DNA from: Parasynechococcus marenigrum WH 8102
GTDB lineage: Bacteria; Cyanobacteriota; Cyanobacteriia; PCC-6307; Cyanobiaceae
Assembly: GCF_000195975.1 (NCBI RefSeq)
Contig: NC_005070.1
Coordinates: 1,410,001-1,442,000, forward strand
Direction of reading: 5' to 3'
Length of the DNA: 32,000 bases
Under the pieces are notes generated by a model, which saw only the letters and a program-made list of their open reading frames with translations, was not told where the DNA came from and searched no databases. Below, piece by piece: positions 23,483-32,000 of this stretch (positions are counted from its first letter, which is position 1; the number at the start of each line of letters is the position of its first letter). Both the position numbers and the translations under genes were made by a program.

Positions 23483-25588
23483 ATGAGCACCTCCATGCCC
23501 TCCGCCCTGCTTGAGGGGCACGGCCTTCCCTGTTTCGAGCAGATCACACCGGATCTGGTCCAGCAGGACATCCCCGTCCTGCTGGCTCAACTTGAACAGC
23601 AGTTCACAGAACTGGAGACGACGCTTCAGTCCAGGCTGGATAGTGGCGCCTCCATCAGCTGGGAGGAGGTGATGCAGCCGATGCGGCGCATCGGAGAGCG
23701 TCTCCGCTGGAGTTGGGGTGTGATCTCCCACCTCAACGGCGTCTGCAATTCGCCGGAGCTGCGTGAAGCCCACGCGGCTCAACAACCTGAGGTCGTGCGA
23801 CTTAGCAACCGCCTGGGTCAGAGCAAGGTGCTGCATCAGGTTCTCTGCCGCCTGCAGGACGAGCCGAGCGAGCCCCTCAGCGCCACCCGCCAGCGAATAC
23901 TCGACTCCGAACTGCTGTCGATGCAACAGCGGGGTGTCGGTCTCGATGGCGAGCATCAGAAAGCTTTCAACCAAGCCAGCGAACGTCTCGCAGCCCTCTC
24001 CACCAGCTTTGGCAATCACGTTCTTGATGCCACCCAGCAATGGACCCTCAAGCTCACCAATCCCGAGCAGGTGCAAGGTCTGCCCAAGCGAGCACTGGAG
24101 GCCCTGGCGGCCGCAGCACGGGATTCCGGTGACGCAGAAGCCACTGCCGAGGGGGGACCGTGGCTGGTGGGTCTGGACATGCCGAGATACATCCCGGTTC
24201 TCACCCACGCCGATGACAGGTCACTGAGGGAGACCGTTTATCGAGCCCATGTCAGCCGTGCCAGCCAGGGAGAGCTGGACAATGCTCCACTGATCGAGGA
24301 AATCCTCGGACTGCGCCGGGAGCAGGCCCAGCGGCTTGGCTACTCCCATTGGGCCGAACTCAGCCTTGCCAGCAAGATGGCCGACGACGTTCCGGCCGTC
24401 GAAGCGCTGCTGGAGGAGCTGCGTGCCGCGGCCTATCCAGCCGCCGAGACGGAGCTGGAGCAACTCAAGGCCTGCGCCAGCCGACAGGGTGCAGCCGAAG
24501 CCGACGCCCTGGCCCCCTGGGACATCACCTATTGGTCAGAAAAACTGCGACGCGAACGGTTTGATCTGGACCAGGAAGCCCTGCGCCCATGGTTCCCGCT
24601 GCCTCAGGTGCTCGATGGCCTGTTCGGCCTTTGTTCACGTCTGTTTGATGTGGAGATCACGCCGGGAGATGGCGAGGCGCCTGTGTGGCATAACGACGTG
24701 CGTTTCTTTCACGTCCGTCGCCGTGGTGGCGAACCGATCGCCGCGTTTTATCTGGATCCATACAGCCGTCCCGCCAGCAAACGCGGTGGAGCCTGGATGG
24801 ATGAGTGCCTCGGGCGTCACCGCACTAGTGACGGCAGCCTTGTGCTGCCCGTGGCTTACCTGATCTGCAACCAGACTCCCCCCGTTGGAGAAGCCCCCAG
24901 CCTGATGAGCTTCGAAGAGGTGGAGACCCTCTTCCACGAATTCGGCCATGGTCTGCAGCACATGCTCACCACCGTCGAGGAACCGGAAGCCGCCGGCATC
25001 AGCAATGTGGAATGGGATGCGGTGGAACTTCCCAGTCAGTTCATGGAGAACTGGTGTCTGGACCAAAGCACCTTGATGGGCATGGCCCGCCACTGGCAGA
25101 CCGGAGAACCTCTGCCCCAGGACGAGGTGAACAAACTCCGCAACAGCCGCACCTTCAATGCCGGACTGGCAACCTTGCGGCAGGTGCACTTCGCCCTCAC
25201 CGATCTGCGGCTGCACAGCCAGTGGACGCCGCAGCTGGGACTGAGTCCAGACGAGTTACGTCGCGACATCGCCAACACCACCACCGTGATGCACCCGATC
25301 CCGGAAGATCGCTTCCTTTGCGCCTTCGGGCACATCTTCGCGGGGGGATATTCCGCCGGCTACTACTCCTACAAATGGGCCGAGGTGCTCAGTGCCGATG
25401 CCTATGCCGCCTTTGAGGAGGTCGGCCTCGACCAGGAGGATCAGGTGCGTGCCACCGGTGCCCGCTTCCGGGACACGGTGCTGAGCCTTGGCGGCAGCCG
25501 CGCGCCAGCTGAGGTGTTCAAGGCCTTCCGCGGTCGAGTCTCCAGCAGCGAGGCCCTGATCCGCCATTCGGGTCTTCAGGCGACCTGA
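23483..25588 (+). CDS. prlC: Oligopeptidase A (M3 family zinc metallopeptidase)
   Basis: HEFGHGLQH (HExxH). About 700 aa. Typical M3 C-terminal half (GGYSAGYYSYKWAEVLSADA). Confidence 0.93.
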   Translation: MSTSMPSALLEGHGLPCFEQITPDLVQQDIPVLLAQLEQQFTELETTLQSRLDSGASISWEEVMQPMRRIGERLRWSWGVISHLNGVCNSPELREAHAAQQPEVVRLSNRLGQSKVLHQVLCRLQDEPSEPLSATRQRILDSELLSMQQRGVGLDGEHQKAFNQASERLAALSTSFGNHVLDATQQWTLKLTNPEQVQGLPKRALEALAAAARDSGDAEATAEGGPWLVGLDMPRYIPVLTHADDRSLRETVYRAHVSRASQGELDNAPLIEEILGLRREQAQRLGYSHWAELSLASKMADDVPAVEALLEELRAAAYPAAETELEQLKACASRQGAAEADALAPWDITYWSEKLRRERFDLDQEALRPWFPLPQVLDGLFGLCSRLFDVEITPGDGEAPVWHNDVRFFHVRRRGGEPIAAFYLDPYSRPASKRGGAWMDECLGRHRTSDGSLVLPVAYLICNQTPPVGEAPSLMSFEEVETLFHEFGHGLQHMLTTVEEPEAAGISNVEWDAVELPSQFMENWCLDQSTLMGMARHWQTGEPLPQDEVNKLRNSRTFNAGLATLRQVHFALTDLRLHSQWTPQLGLSPDELRRDIANTTTVMHPIPEDRFLCAFGHIFAGGYSAGYYSYKWAEVLSADAYAAFEEVGLDQEDQVRATGARFRDTVLSLGGSRAPAEVFKAFRGRVSSSEALIRHSGLQAT

Positions 25589-25589
25589 G

Positions 25590-26177
25590 TCAACATCCCA
25601 GATCCTGGGCCAGCCTCTGCAAAGCCTGCGGATGAGCAATGAGCTGTTGGTGGGTCCACACCGGCAGCTCCGTCTGAGTTCCCCGCGGAAGCACAGCCAT
25701 CCAGCCGGGAGACACCATCAGATCCCAACGGCAGAAATAACTTCGACAAACCACCGGAGCCAAGGCACCGACCTGTCGATTCAGCTGTTTTAAAAGGTCG
25801 CTGGCGGGTTTCATGTCCGCCACACCAGCCAGCAGCCGGCGGGGCACAGCCAAGGCCGCCAGGGTTCCGTTCTGGGGGCTGCCGACACTGAAAAAACGAT
25901 CTGTCCGCTCAGCTCCCCTCAGTTCTTGCAGCCAGATCCGCCCGATCACACCTCCCATGGAGAACCCAAGCAGATCGATCGGGGTCTCCCGCCCGTACTG
26001 CTGCAGGATGTGCTGATCAAGGCGTCGGGCCAGCTCCCGCAGCGGAACCACCCCAAGACCATGGGGGAGATGCGGTGCCAGCAAGGGACGATCCGGCTGA
26101 TCGATCCGCTGGATCAACCGATGAAACACCCGTGGGGTATCCCACAGGCCATGGACAAGCACAAGGGGCCTTGTCAT
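25590..26177 (-). CDS. Alpha/beta hydrolase, lipase/esterase-like
   Basis: LVLVHGLWDT (oxyanion region) and GFSMGG (GxSxG). 195 aa. The ATG overlaps the folB stop (ATGA). Confidence 0.8.
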   Translation of the reverse strand: MTRPLVLVHGLWDTPRVFHRLIQRIDQPDRPLLAPHLPHGLGVVPLRELARRLDQHILQQYGRETPIDLLGFSMGGVIGRIWLQELRGAERTDRFFSVGSPQNGTLAALAVPRRLLAGVADMKPASDLLKQLNRQVGALAPVVCRSYFCRWDLMVSPGWMAVLPRGTQTELPVWTHQQLIAHPQALQRLAQDLGC

Positions 26178-26545
26178 GGAGCCCCATGGCGAGCGCGCTC
26201 TACCGCCACCACACCATCAAACCCCGGCACCGGGGCGGCGCACTTGCTCAGGGTCAACCGCATTGGAACCGCTCCATAGAGCTGCTCCAGACGATCCAGC
26301 ACCCGATCACTGAAGTGCTCGATCGTGAGGCAACGGATCTCCCGGGCCAGAGCCTGCAGGGAGCGGATCGCCAAGCTGTAATCCATGCTGCCGGCCAGAT
26401 CATCCGCCGCTGCGGCACTGGAAAGGTCAGTCCAGAGACTGATATCGAGACTGAACCATTGGCCATCCCGACGCTCCTGCTCCAGAACGCCCACATGGGC
26501 CCAGAGGCGCAGACCCCTCACATGGATCGCATCGTTTGCGGTCAC
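26174..26545 (-). CDS. folB: Dihydroneopterin aldolase
   Basis: [32 protein letters not shown]...DDLAGSMDY follows the FolB consensus. The GTG start overlaps the proA stop (GTGA). Confidence 0.88.
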   Translation of the reverse strand: MTANDAIHVRGLRLWAHVGVLEQERRDGQWFSLDISLWTDLSSAAAADDLAGSMDYSLAIRSLQALAREIRCLTIEHFSDRVLDRLEQLYGAVPMRLTLSKCAAPVPGFDGVVAVERARHGAP

Positions 26546-27849
26546 AGGGGCAGATCGGTGTGGGTGAAGCTGCGGGTTCCGTCTGCGAAATCAGCGGCGA
26601 TGTGTCCGTCACCCCGGAGCCGATAGCGATAGGTCACCAAACCATCGAGTCCCACTGGTCCGCGCGGCGGCAGGGTTTGGGTGCTGATGCCCACCTCAGC
26701 TCCAAACCCGTAACGGAAGCCATCCGCAAAACGGGTGGAACAGTTCAGATATACGCCAGCACTGTCAACAGCCCCCAGGAATCGTTCCGCCGCCTGGTCA
26801 TCGGTGGTGGCGATGGCTTCGGTGTGGCGGGATCCATGGCGACGGATGTGTTCGAGCGCGGCATCCATGGAAGGCACCACCCGCACCGCCAGGATCATGT
26901 CGAGGTATTCCGTTCGCCAGTCCTCATCGGTGGCAGCGTCACTGATGCCGTGCTGGCGGCTGTGTTCATCGCCCCGCAGGGTGACACCGGCAGCTTGAAA
27001 GGCCGGCACGGCAGACGCCAGAAACGCCGGTGCAATCGAGGCATGCACCAGCAGGGTCTCGATCGCATTGCAGGCGGCCGGGTACTGGGTCTTGCTGTCG
27101 ATGGCGATGCGTACCGCCTGGTCCACGTCAGCAGCCGCATCCACGTAGAGATGGCAGATGCCGTCCGCATGACCCAGCACAGGAATGCGGGTGTTGTCCT
27201 GAATGAATCGCACCAGCTCGTTGCTGCCCCGGGGGATGATCAGATCCACCAGGCCATCCAGCCTCAGCAACGCCAGGCTTTCCTGGCGGGTGGTCAACAG
27301 CGTTAACGCATCCGGTGCCACGGCACTGCGGCCCAGGCCCAGCTTGAGGGCCTCCATCACCGCTTCATTGGTGCAACGCGCTTCGCTGCCGCCTTTGAGC
27401 ATGGCGCCATTGCCGGAGCGGATGGCGAGCGAGGCAATCTGCACCACAGCATCCGGGCGGGCTTCGAAGATCACCCCCACCACGCCAAGAGGAACGGAGA
27501 TGCGCTCCAACACCAGGCCTTGATCCAGCTCTCGATGCAGCTGCCGTCTGCCAAGCGGATCGGGCAGAGAGGCCAGTTTTCGCACCCCATCGATGGCACC
27601 GCGGAGCTTGCCGGCATCCAGCTTCAACCGGGCCATCAGTGCCGGGGCCAGCCCCTCAGCCGCGGAACGCTCCAGATCTTCACGGTTTGCGGCAACGATC
27701 ACCTCAGCCCGCTCCGCCAAGGCATCCGCCATCGCCTGAAGCGCATCGGCCCGCTGTTGGTCGTCCGTCTGCCCCAGGTCTACCGCCGCCAGACGGACAG
27801 CTCCGGCCCTCTGCAACAGCTCTGCTGAAGGCTCCGGGACAGTGGTCAT
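26542..27849 (-). CDS. proA: Glutamate-5-semialdehyde dehydrogenase (gamma-glutamyl phosphate reductase)
   Basis: 435 aa of the ALDH superfamily, with [22 protein letters not shown] (catalytic Cys) and HTEAI. Confidence 0.95.
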
Positions 27850-27862
27850 GGCAGCAAGCGAC

Positions 27863-28771
27863 TCAGTCGTCGGCCATCATCCCGCCCAGGCGCAACAGCG
27901 CCAGCCGCGCCGCCCCCAGGCGACCGGCTCCATTGCCAAGAGCACAAGCGTCGATCCGCAGTCCCTCCCGGGACACCGCCTGCACCCGCAGCTCCACCTC
28001 CCGTCGCACCGCGGGCAGGAAATGGCGAGCAGCCCCGGCCAGACCACCGCCCAACAACACCAGCTGCGGCGTGAAGACGTACACCAGGGATGACAGCCCC
28101 ACCCCAAGGCGAGTGCCGTAGCGCTCCCACACCTCAAGGGCTGCCGGCTCCCCCTCCTCTGCAGCCAGACTCAACTCCCGGGGGTCCCGGTCGCACAGGC
28201 GACGCAACGCTGCAATGCTCGCGAACTGCTCCAGGGATCCGCGGTTTCCGCTGTTGCAAGCGGGACCATCGGGGTCGACACCGATCAAGCCCGGTTCCGC
28301 CGCCGCGCCGTTGTGGCCGGTGAACAGCTGCCCACCGAGCAGAACACCGCCTCCAACTCCGGTGCCGAGGGTCAACAGCACCACATCGCTGAACCCCTTG
28401 GCAGCGCCCCACCAGGCCTCTCCCACCACAGCGCAATTGCCGTCGTTGGCGAGGGTGACGCGTCGCTGCAACCGCACCTCCAACCACTCCGCCAGCGGCA
28501 CGTCCTCCCAACCCGGCAGGTTGATGCAAACCCGCGCAACCCGAGCCGTGGCATCCATCGGCCCAGGCAATCCGACCCCCACCAAGGCCGCGGCTCCATC
28601 AGGATCCAACTCCTCGACGGCATCGCAGAGGGCCATCGTCACGGCTCCTGGCACCGCGGGCTGGGGGGTGGCCACCTCGAGCTCAGCCAACAGGGCTCCT
28701 CGGGGATCAAAACGGGCCAACTTGATGGCCGTTCCGCCGAGATCAATGCCGATCGCCTGCCCGTCATCCAT
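27863..28771 (-). CDS. ROK family sugar kinase
   Basis: [34 protein letters not shown]. The ATG at 28771 is preferred; the ATG at 28819 would overlap the TamB-like gene by 44 nt. Confidence 0.88.
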   Translation of the reverse strand: MDDGQAIGIDLGGTAIKLARFDPRGALLAELEVATPQPAVPGAVTMALCDAVEELDPDGAAALVGVGLPGPMDATARVARVCINLPGWEDVPLAEWLEVRLQRRVTLANDGNCAVVGEAWWGAAKGFSDVVLLTLGTGVGGGVLLGGQLFTGHNGAAAEPGLIGVDPDGPACNSGNRGSLEQFASIAALRRLCDRDPRELSLAAEEGEPAALEVWERYGTRLGVGLSSLVYVFTPQLVLLGGGLAGAARHFLPAVRREVELRVQAVSREGLRIDACALGNGAGRLGAARLALLRLGGMMADD

Positions 28772-28775
28772 GGTT

Positions 28776-31700
28776 TCAGAAGCGGAAGAACAGCTGCAGC
28801 TGGCTCTGCCAGATGCCATTGGAATCGACGGACCCTGACAAAGCCGTGTTGGGTGTCACCTGGTAAGTGACCGTCGCCTGAGGGGGGACATCCGAGGTGT
28901 TCGGAGCTGCAAGCACCGAGAAATCAAAGCGATCGGTCACATCAACACCGATTTCTGTCACCAGCGTGAAGGTGGGAGCCACCCGCCCAGACCTGCGCTC
29001 ATCCTCATCCTTGATATCCGGTGTGACGTAGGTGGGGAACAAGGCGATCTGGAGCCGCTGTCCCATTGCATCGGTGAGCGTTCCGAGAACCGGTGAAAGC
29101 AGCGACTGTCCCAGCACCGTCGCCAGGGCGGCTCCACCGGCTCCAGCCAGGCCTGACAGAGAGTTGCCACCGATCAGCGCCAACAGCTGCGGCTGCGACA
29201 TGGGCGGGACACTGCGCAGATCGAGATTGCCGATCAAACGATCCGCCGGTCCGGCGGCCTCCACGGTGACCTTCACCAACCGCAGCTGGCCACCCCCATC
29301 GCCGAGACCATTGGTGTCGAAGACATTGGCCGAGCTGGCATTGCCAGCCGTCCCGGGCTGCACCGCATCCGAGACCCTGGTCTTCATCGCTATGTCGATA
29401 AAGGGCACCAATCCCAGCGATGGGGTGAACACTGCGACGTTGGGAGCACGTGGATCGAGGCGGAAGGTGGTGGAAAACAGACTGACCCGGCCGCGGTTCA
29501 GACGAATCAGGCCCCGCAGCTCAAGCGACGGATCCAACGGTCCATTGACCAGCAGCTGACCACCACCACGGAAACTGATCAGCGGCGGCATCCGCACCTG
29601 CAGATCGGGCCCCAGACCAAGACGGAAGTTGCGGAAACGAACCGCCGAAAGATCCGGCATCAGATCCTGAAAAGCCGCCGGCAACTGGGCGGGGGCACCA
29701 GGCCCGAACAGCACCAGGGGGTCTTGGAAATCCCAGCCTTCTTCAAGCAGTGCTGCGGTGGAGAATGGCGTTGAGACATTGGCCTGCGACGGTTGAATCC
29801 CCTGCTGCAATGAGGCGCCACCACCCTTACGAAGACGCGACAGCAAGCCGCTGCGGGGCTGAATCACCCCATTACGGAGGTTGAGCTGGCCACTGATCAG
29901 CGGCTGGCTCAACGCGCCCCTCACCGTGATGTCTGCATCCGCAGCCAGATCAACCATCTCCTGCCGGATCGTCCCTTTGGTCAGGCGAATGGTGAGCGGT
30001 GTCTCCTCATCACGGGGAATGAACAGACCGATGGCCCCCTCAGCCGAGATCGTGCCCCCCAACGCCAGGGTGGCCTCAAGCTGGCTGACCTCAACCCGGT
30101 TGAAATCAAACAAAAGGGACGCATTGACTTGCTTCAGGGTTTGATCAGCGGCCGTGAAAGCACCGTCACGGATCACCAGAAATCCATTGGCCTGGGGCTG
30201 ATCCAGGTATCCGCTGAGCAGCAACCGCAGATCACTGCTGCCGCGTGTCAGCCGCAGGGCATCGCCGGCCGGGGCCGCCAGGAAGCTCAGCGCATCCCCA
30301 TGGCTTTCAAGCTCGAGATCCAACGCATCACGCAGTGACAGCGGAACAGTGCCGCGCATCTGCAAGGCCTCAGCGGCATCGATACTGCGGAGTGCGAGAT
30401 CGACTTCAAGACCTTTTGAGGACAACACAACGGCTCGGCGTTCAAGACGAAGCTCCTGCTCACCGAACCGTGCCTGCTCCAGGGCCAACTCAGTGGTGAG
30501 CAACGGACCGGCACCTGACAGGTCGTAGGAGCCGGTGGCACCGATCGCCCCACGCAACGCGGACGGAACCGGAACGGCCAAGGCCAGTAGCGAAAAGGGC
30601 AGATGCAGAAGGCTGAAGCGACCCTGGCCGCCCTGCAGAGGACCGCTCAGCTGAGCCACCAAGGGGTCCAGCTGAAGCATCCGGTCCTGATCATCACCCT
30701 GCATCCACAGATGAGCCCGGGCCTCCGCCTCCAGCGAGAGCGATGCCAGATCCGGGCCTGAAAGGTTGAGGACAGCATCCAGGCGACCGCGCAGGTCACC
30801 TGGATCAACGCGCGCTTGGGGATGATCACGCTCGTAGGCCTCAAGCCACTGCCGAGACCGCTGAAGCGCGCGCAGATGACCGTCGAGACTGCCGCCGAAG
30901 GTGTCGATCATTAACCTGCCGAGATCCTCGGCACGAACAGGTGTCCCCGTGGCGGTGAGCTGGCTGCCACGAAGCTGACGGGCCATCTGCACCAACCAGG
31001 GCACATCGAGTCCAGAGGCTTCAATCCGGCTGCGCAGATCAGCCCCGACCCGTCCCTCAGCGGTGAGCTGAATCTCACCCTGCTGCGGCTGCAGCCGGCC
31101 AAGGGCTCTGAAGCGCCCTCCTGAGACACGTCCCTCCAACTCGATCCGATTCAGACCAAGTCCACGGAGCTGCGGGTCCTCCAGCTGCACAGCACCAACC
31201 AGCTCCACCGGTTGCAGGGCCAGGACGCCGTCGCCACTCAGACTCCCCTGCAACGAGCCTGATGCCGATCCCGAAGGGAGCGTCAGCTGAAGACCCGCGA
31301 TTGACAGCTGATCGGCATTCCACTCCACCTGACCTTTGGCGCCGGAACGCACGGTCAAGCTGCCGGTCCCACGACGAAGATCTGCCTGCAATGGCCAACC
31401 GGAGGAACCCAGCCGAACCTTCAGTGCTCCATCCGTGTCAGGAGCCTGCGATGCCAGGCGCAGGTTGAACGCCGATGCGGTTGATCCAGTCACTTGTCCC
31501 TGCCACCGCTCCGGCAATCGCAACGGTCCGGCACCAGGCCGGAGGAGATCCAACGCCACAGTGGTCTTCACATCATCAAAAGGGCCCTGCAATCGGCCGC
31601 GGGCGGACAGATGGCCTTGCAAAGGAAGGGGTGTGACGGCCGACAGGCGGGCCAGGGGCAGTGAGGTCAACGCGAAGCCGGCTTTCAGCGCCCCGAGCTG

Positions 31701-32000
31701 CGGCGCGCCGTTGTGCCAGCTGACGGGGAGTTGCGCCGCTGCACGCAGAACAGGACTGTTGAAACGATCGAGGGCCATGAGCCCGGAGGCCTTCGACCAG
31801 GACGCGCGGAGATCCCATCGCTGCACAACAAGATTGCGGTCCTGGGCCAACTCCAGTGACAGCGCTGGTGATGCCAGGGAACCGCTCGCTAAAAGCGCTC
31901 CGGAGATGTCGGATGTCTCGCCAAGGGTCTGTTTCAGGGCGGGCCATCGCTGCCAGAGCGACGGCGCCAGGCTGAGTTCACGACTGCGCAGGTCGATCTG
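28776..32000 (-). CDS. TamB-like translocation and assembly module protein (DUF490 C-terminal domain). 5' end lies beyond the window.
   Basis: More than 1070 codons are open to position 32000 with no stop. The ORF-track start at 31850 is an internal TTG. Repetitive beta-rich sequence, with a C-terminus ...QSQLQLFFRF ending in Phe. Confidence 0.85.
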   Translation of the reverse strand, partial: QIDLRSRELSLAPSLWQRWPALKQTLGETSDISGALLASGSLASPALSLELAQDRNLVVQRWDLRASWSKASGLMALDRFNSPVLRAAAQLPVSWHNGAPQLGALKAGFALTSLPLARLSAVTPLPLQGHLSARGRLQGPFDDVKTTVALDLLRPGAGPLRLPERWQGQVTGSTASAFNLRLASQAPDTDGALKVRLGSSGWPLQADLRRGTGSLTVRSGAKGQVEWNADQLSIAGLQLTLPSGSASGSLQGSLSGDGVLALQPVELVGAVQLEDPQLRGLGLNRIELEGRVSGGRFRALGRLQPQQGEIQLTAEGRVGADLRSRIEASGLDVPWLVQMARQLRGSQLTATGTPVRAEDLGRLMIDTFGGSLDGHLRALQRSRQWLEAYERDHPQARVDPGDLRGRLDAVLNLSGPDLASLSLEAEARAHLWMQGDDQDRMLQLDPLVAQLSGPLQGGQGRFSLLHLPFSLLALAVPVPSALRGAIGATGSYDLSGAGPLLTTELALEQARFGEQELRLERRAVVLSSKGLEVDLALRSIDAAEALQMRGTVPLSLRDALDLELESHGDALSFLAAPAGDALRLTRGSSDLRLLLSGYLDQPQANGFLVIRDGAFTAADQTLKQVNASLLFDFNRVEVSQLEATLALGGTISAEGAIGLFIPRDEETPLTIRLTKGTIRQEMVDLAADADITVRGALSQPLISGQLNLRNGVIQPRSGLLSRLRKGGGASLQQGIQPSQANVSTPFSTAALLEEGWDFQDPLVLFGPGAPAQLPAAFQDLMPDLSAVRFRNFRLGLGPDLQVRMPPLISFRGGGQLLVNGPLDPSLELRGLIRLNRGRVSLFSTTFRLDPRAPNVAVFTPSLGLVPFIDIAMKTRVSDAVQPGTAGNASSANVFDTNGLGDGGGQLRLVKVTVEAAGPADRLIGNLDLRSVPPMSQPQLLALIGGNSLSGLAGAGGAALATVLGQSLLSPVLGTLTDAMGQRLQIALFPTYVTPDIKDEDERRSGRVAPTFTLVTEIGVDVTDRFDFSVLAAPNTSDVPPQATVTYQVTPNTALSGSVDSNGIWQSQLQLFFRF

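Noticed and set aside
23198-24208. 336-aa minus-strand ORF spanning the ndhD/prlC junction
   Set aside because: It overlaps two well-supported plus-strand genes. It is a shadow ORF.
27846-28870. Stack of overlapping 80-207-aa ORFs in other frames across the ROK gene and the TamB 3' end
   Set aside because: They are Gly/Arg/Pro-rich shadow frames of very GC-rich coding sequence. The ROK and TamB frames carry the recognisable motifs.
1-32000. Search for CRISPR arrays, IS elements, integrases, long direct or inverted repeats, rRNA and tRNA
   Set aside because: By visual scanning I found no spaced repeat arrays, transposase- or integrase-like ORFs, or RNA gene signatures. A computational repeat search would be needed to exclude diverged long repeats.

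Overview
High-GC cyanobacterial chromosome segment (roughly 55-60% GC by eye). Gene content and protein sequences are typical of a marine Synechococcus: psbA/D1, hli, a CP12 with only the C-terminal Cys pair, ndhD, trpS, thrS, glk, thrB, prlC, proA and folB. About 45 protein-coding genes are supportable. Most are ordinary core genes in tight operons whose stop and start codons often overlap (ATGA, GTGA, TGATG). I see no rRNA, tRNA, CRISPR array, transposase, integrase or phage block.

Layout:
- 1-6.8 kb: short membrane ORFs, hli, a frameshifted alpha/beta hydrolase, DoxX, a DUF3303-like gene interrupted by an in-frame TAG, cp12, an AllA-type cupin, a TauE/SafE exporter and a DUF1993 protein.
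- 6.8-10.6 kb: a visibly lower-GC, strand-switching islet that ends at psbA. It holds a DUF481-like outer-membrane barrel, an NTF2-like protein, a run of ORFs under 62 aa, a cupin, a 36-aa ORF with 6 Cys and a Cys/His-rich small protein.
- 10.6-32 kb: psbA, a DUF697 protein, a CDF transporter, an RGG-rich protein, trpS, a lambda-R-like (GH104) muramidase, thrS, glk, thrB, ndhD and prlC. A minus-strand block follows: hydrolase, folB, proA, ROK kinase and a TamB-like gene that runs off the right edge.

I cannot identify a clear-cut new multi-gene system. The best candidates for something undescribed are:
1. A duplicated two-gene module, a small helical protein immediately upstream of an RmlC-like cupin (3642-4311 minus strand and 8673-9420 plus strand).
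2. The tiny-ORF cluster beside psbA, including the 6-Cys peptide.
3. TTCATGAA palindromes bracketing psbA.
4. An RGG-rich protein with an RHH-like core upstream of trpS.

All family names come from my own reading of motifs, not from searches. All counts were made by hand.
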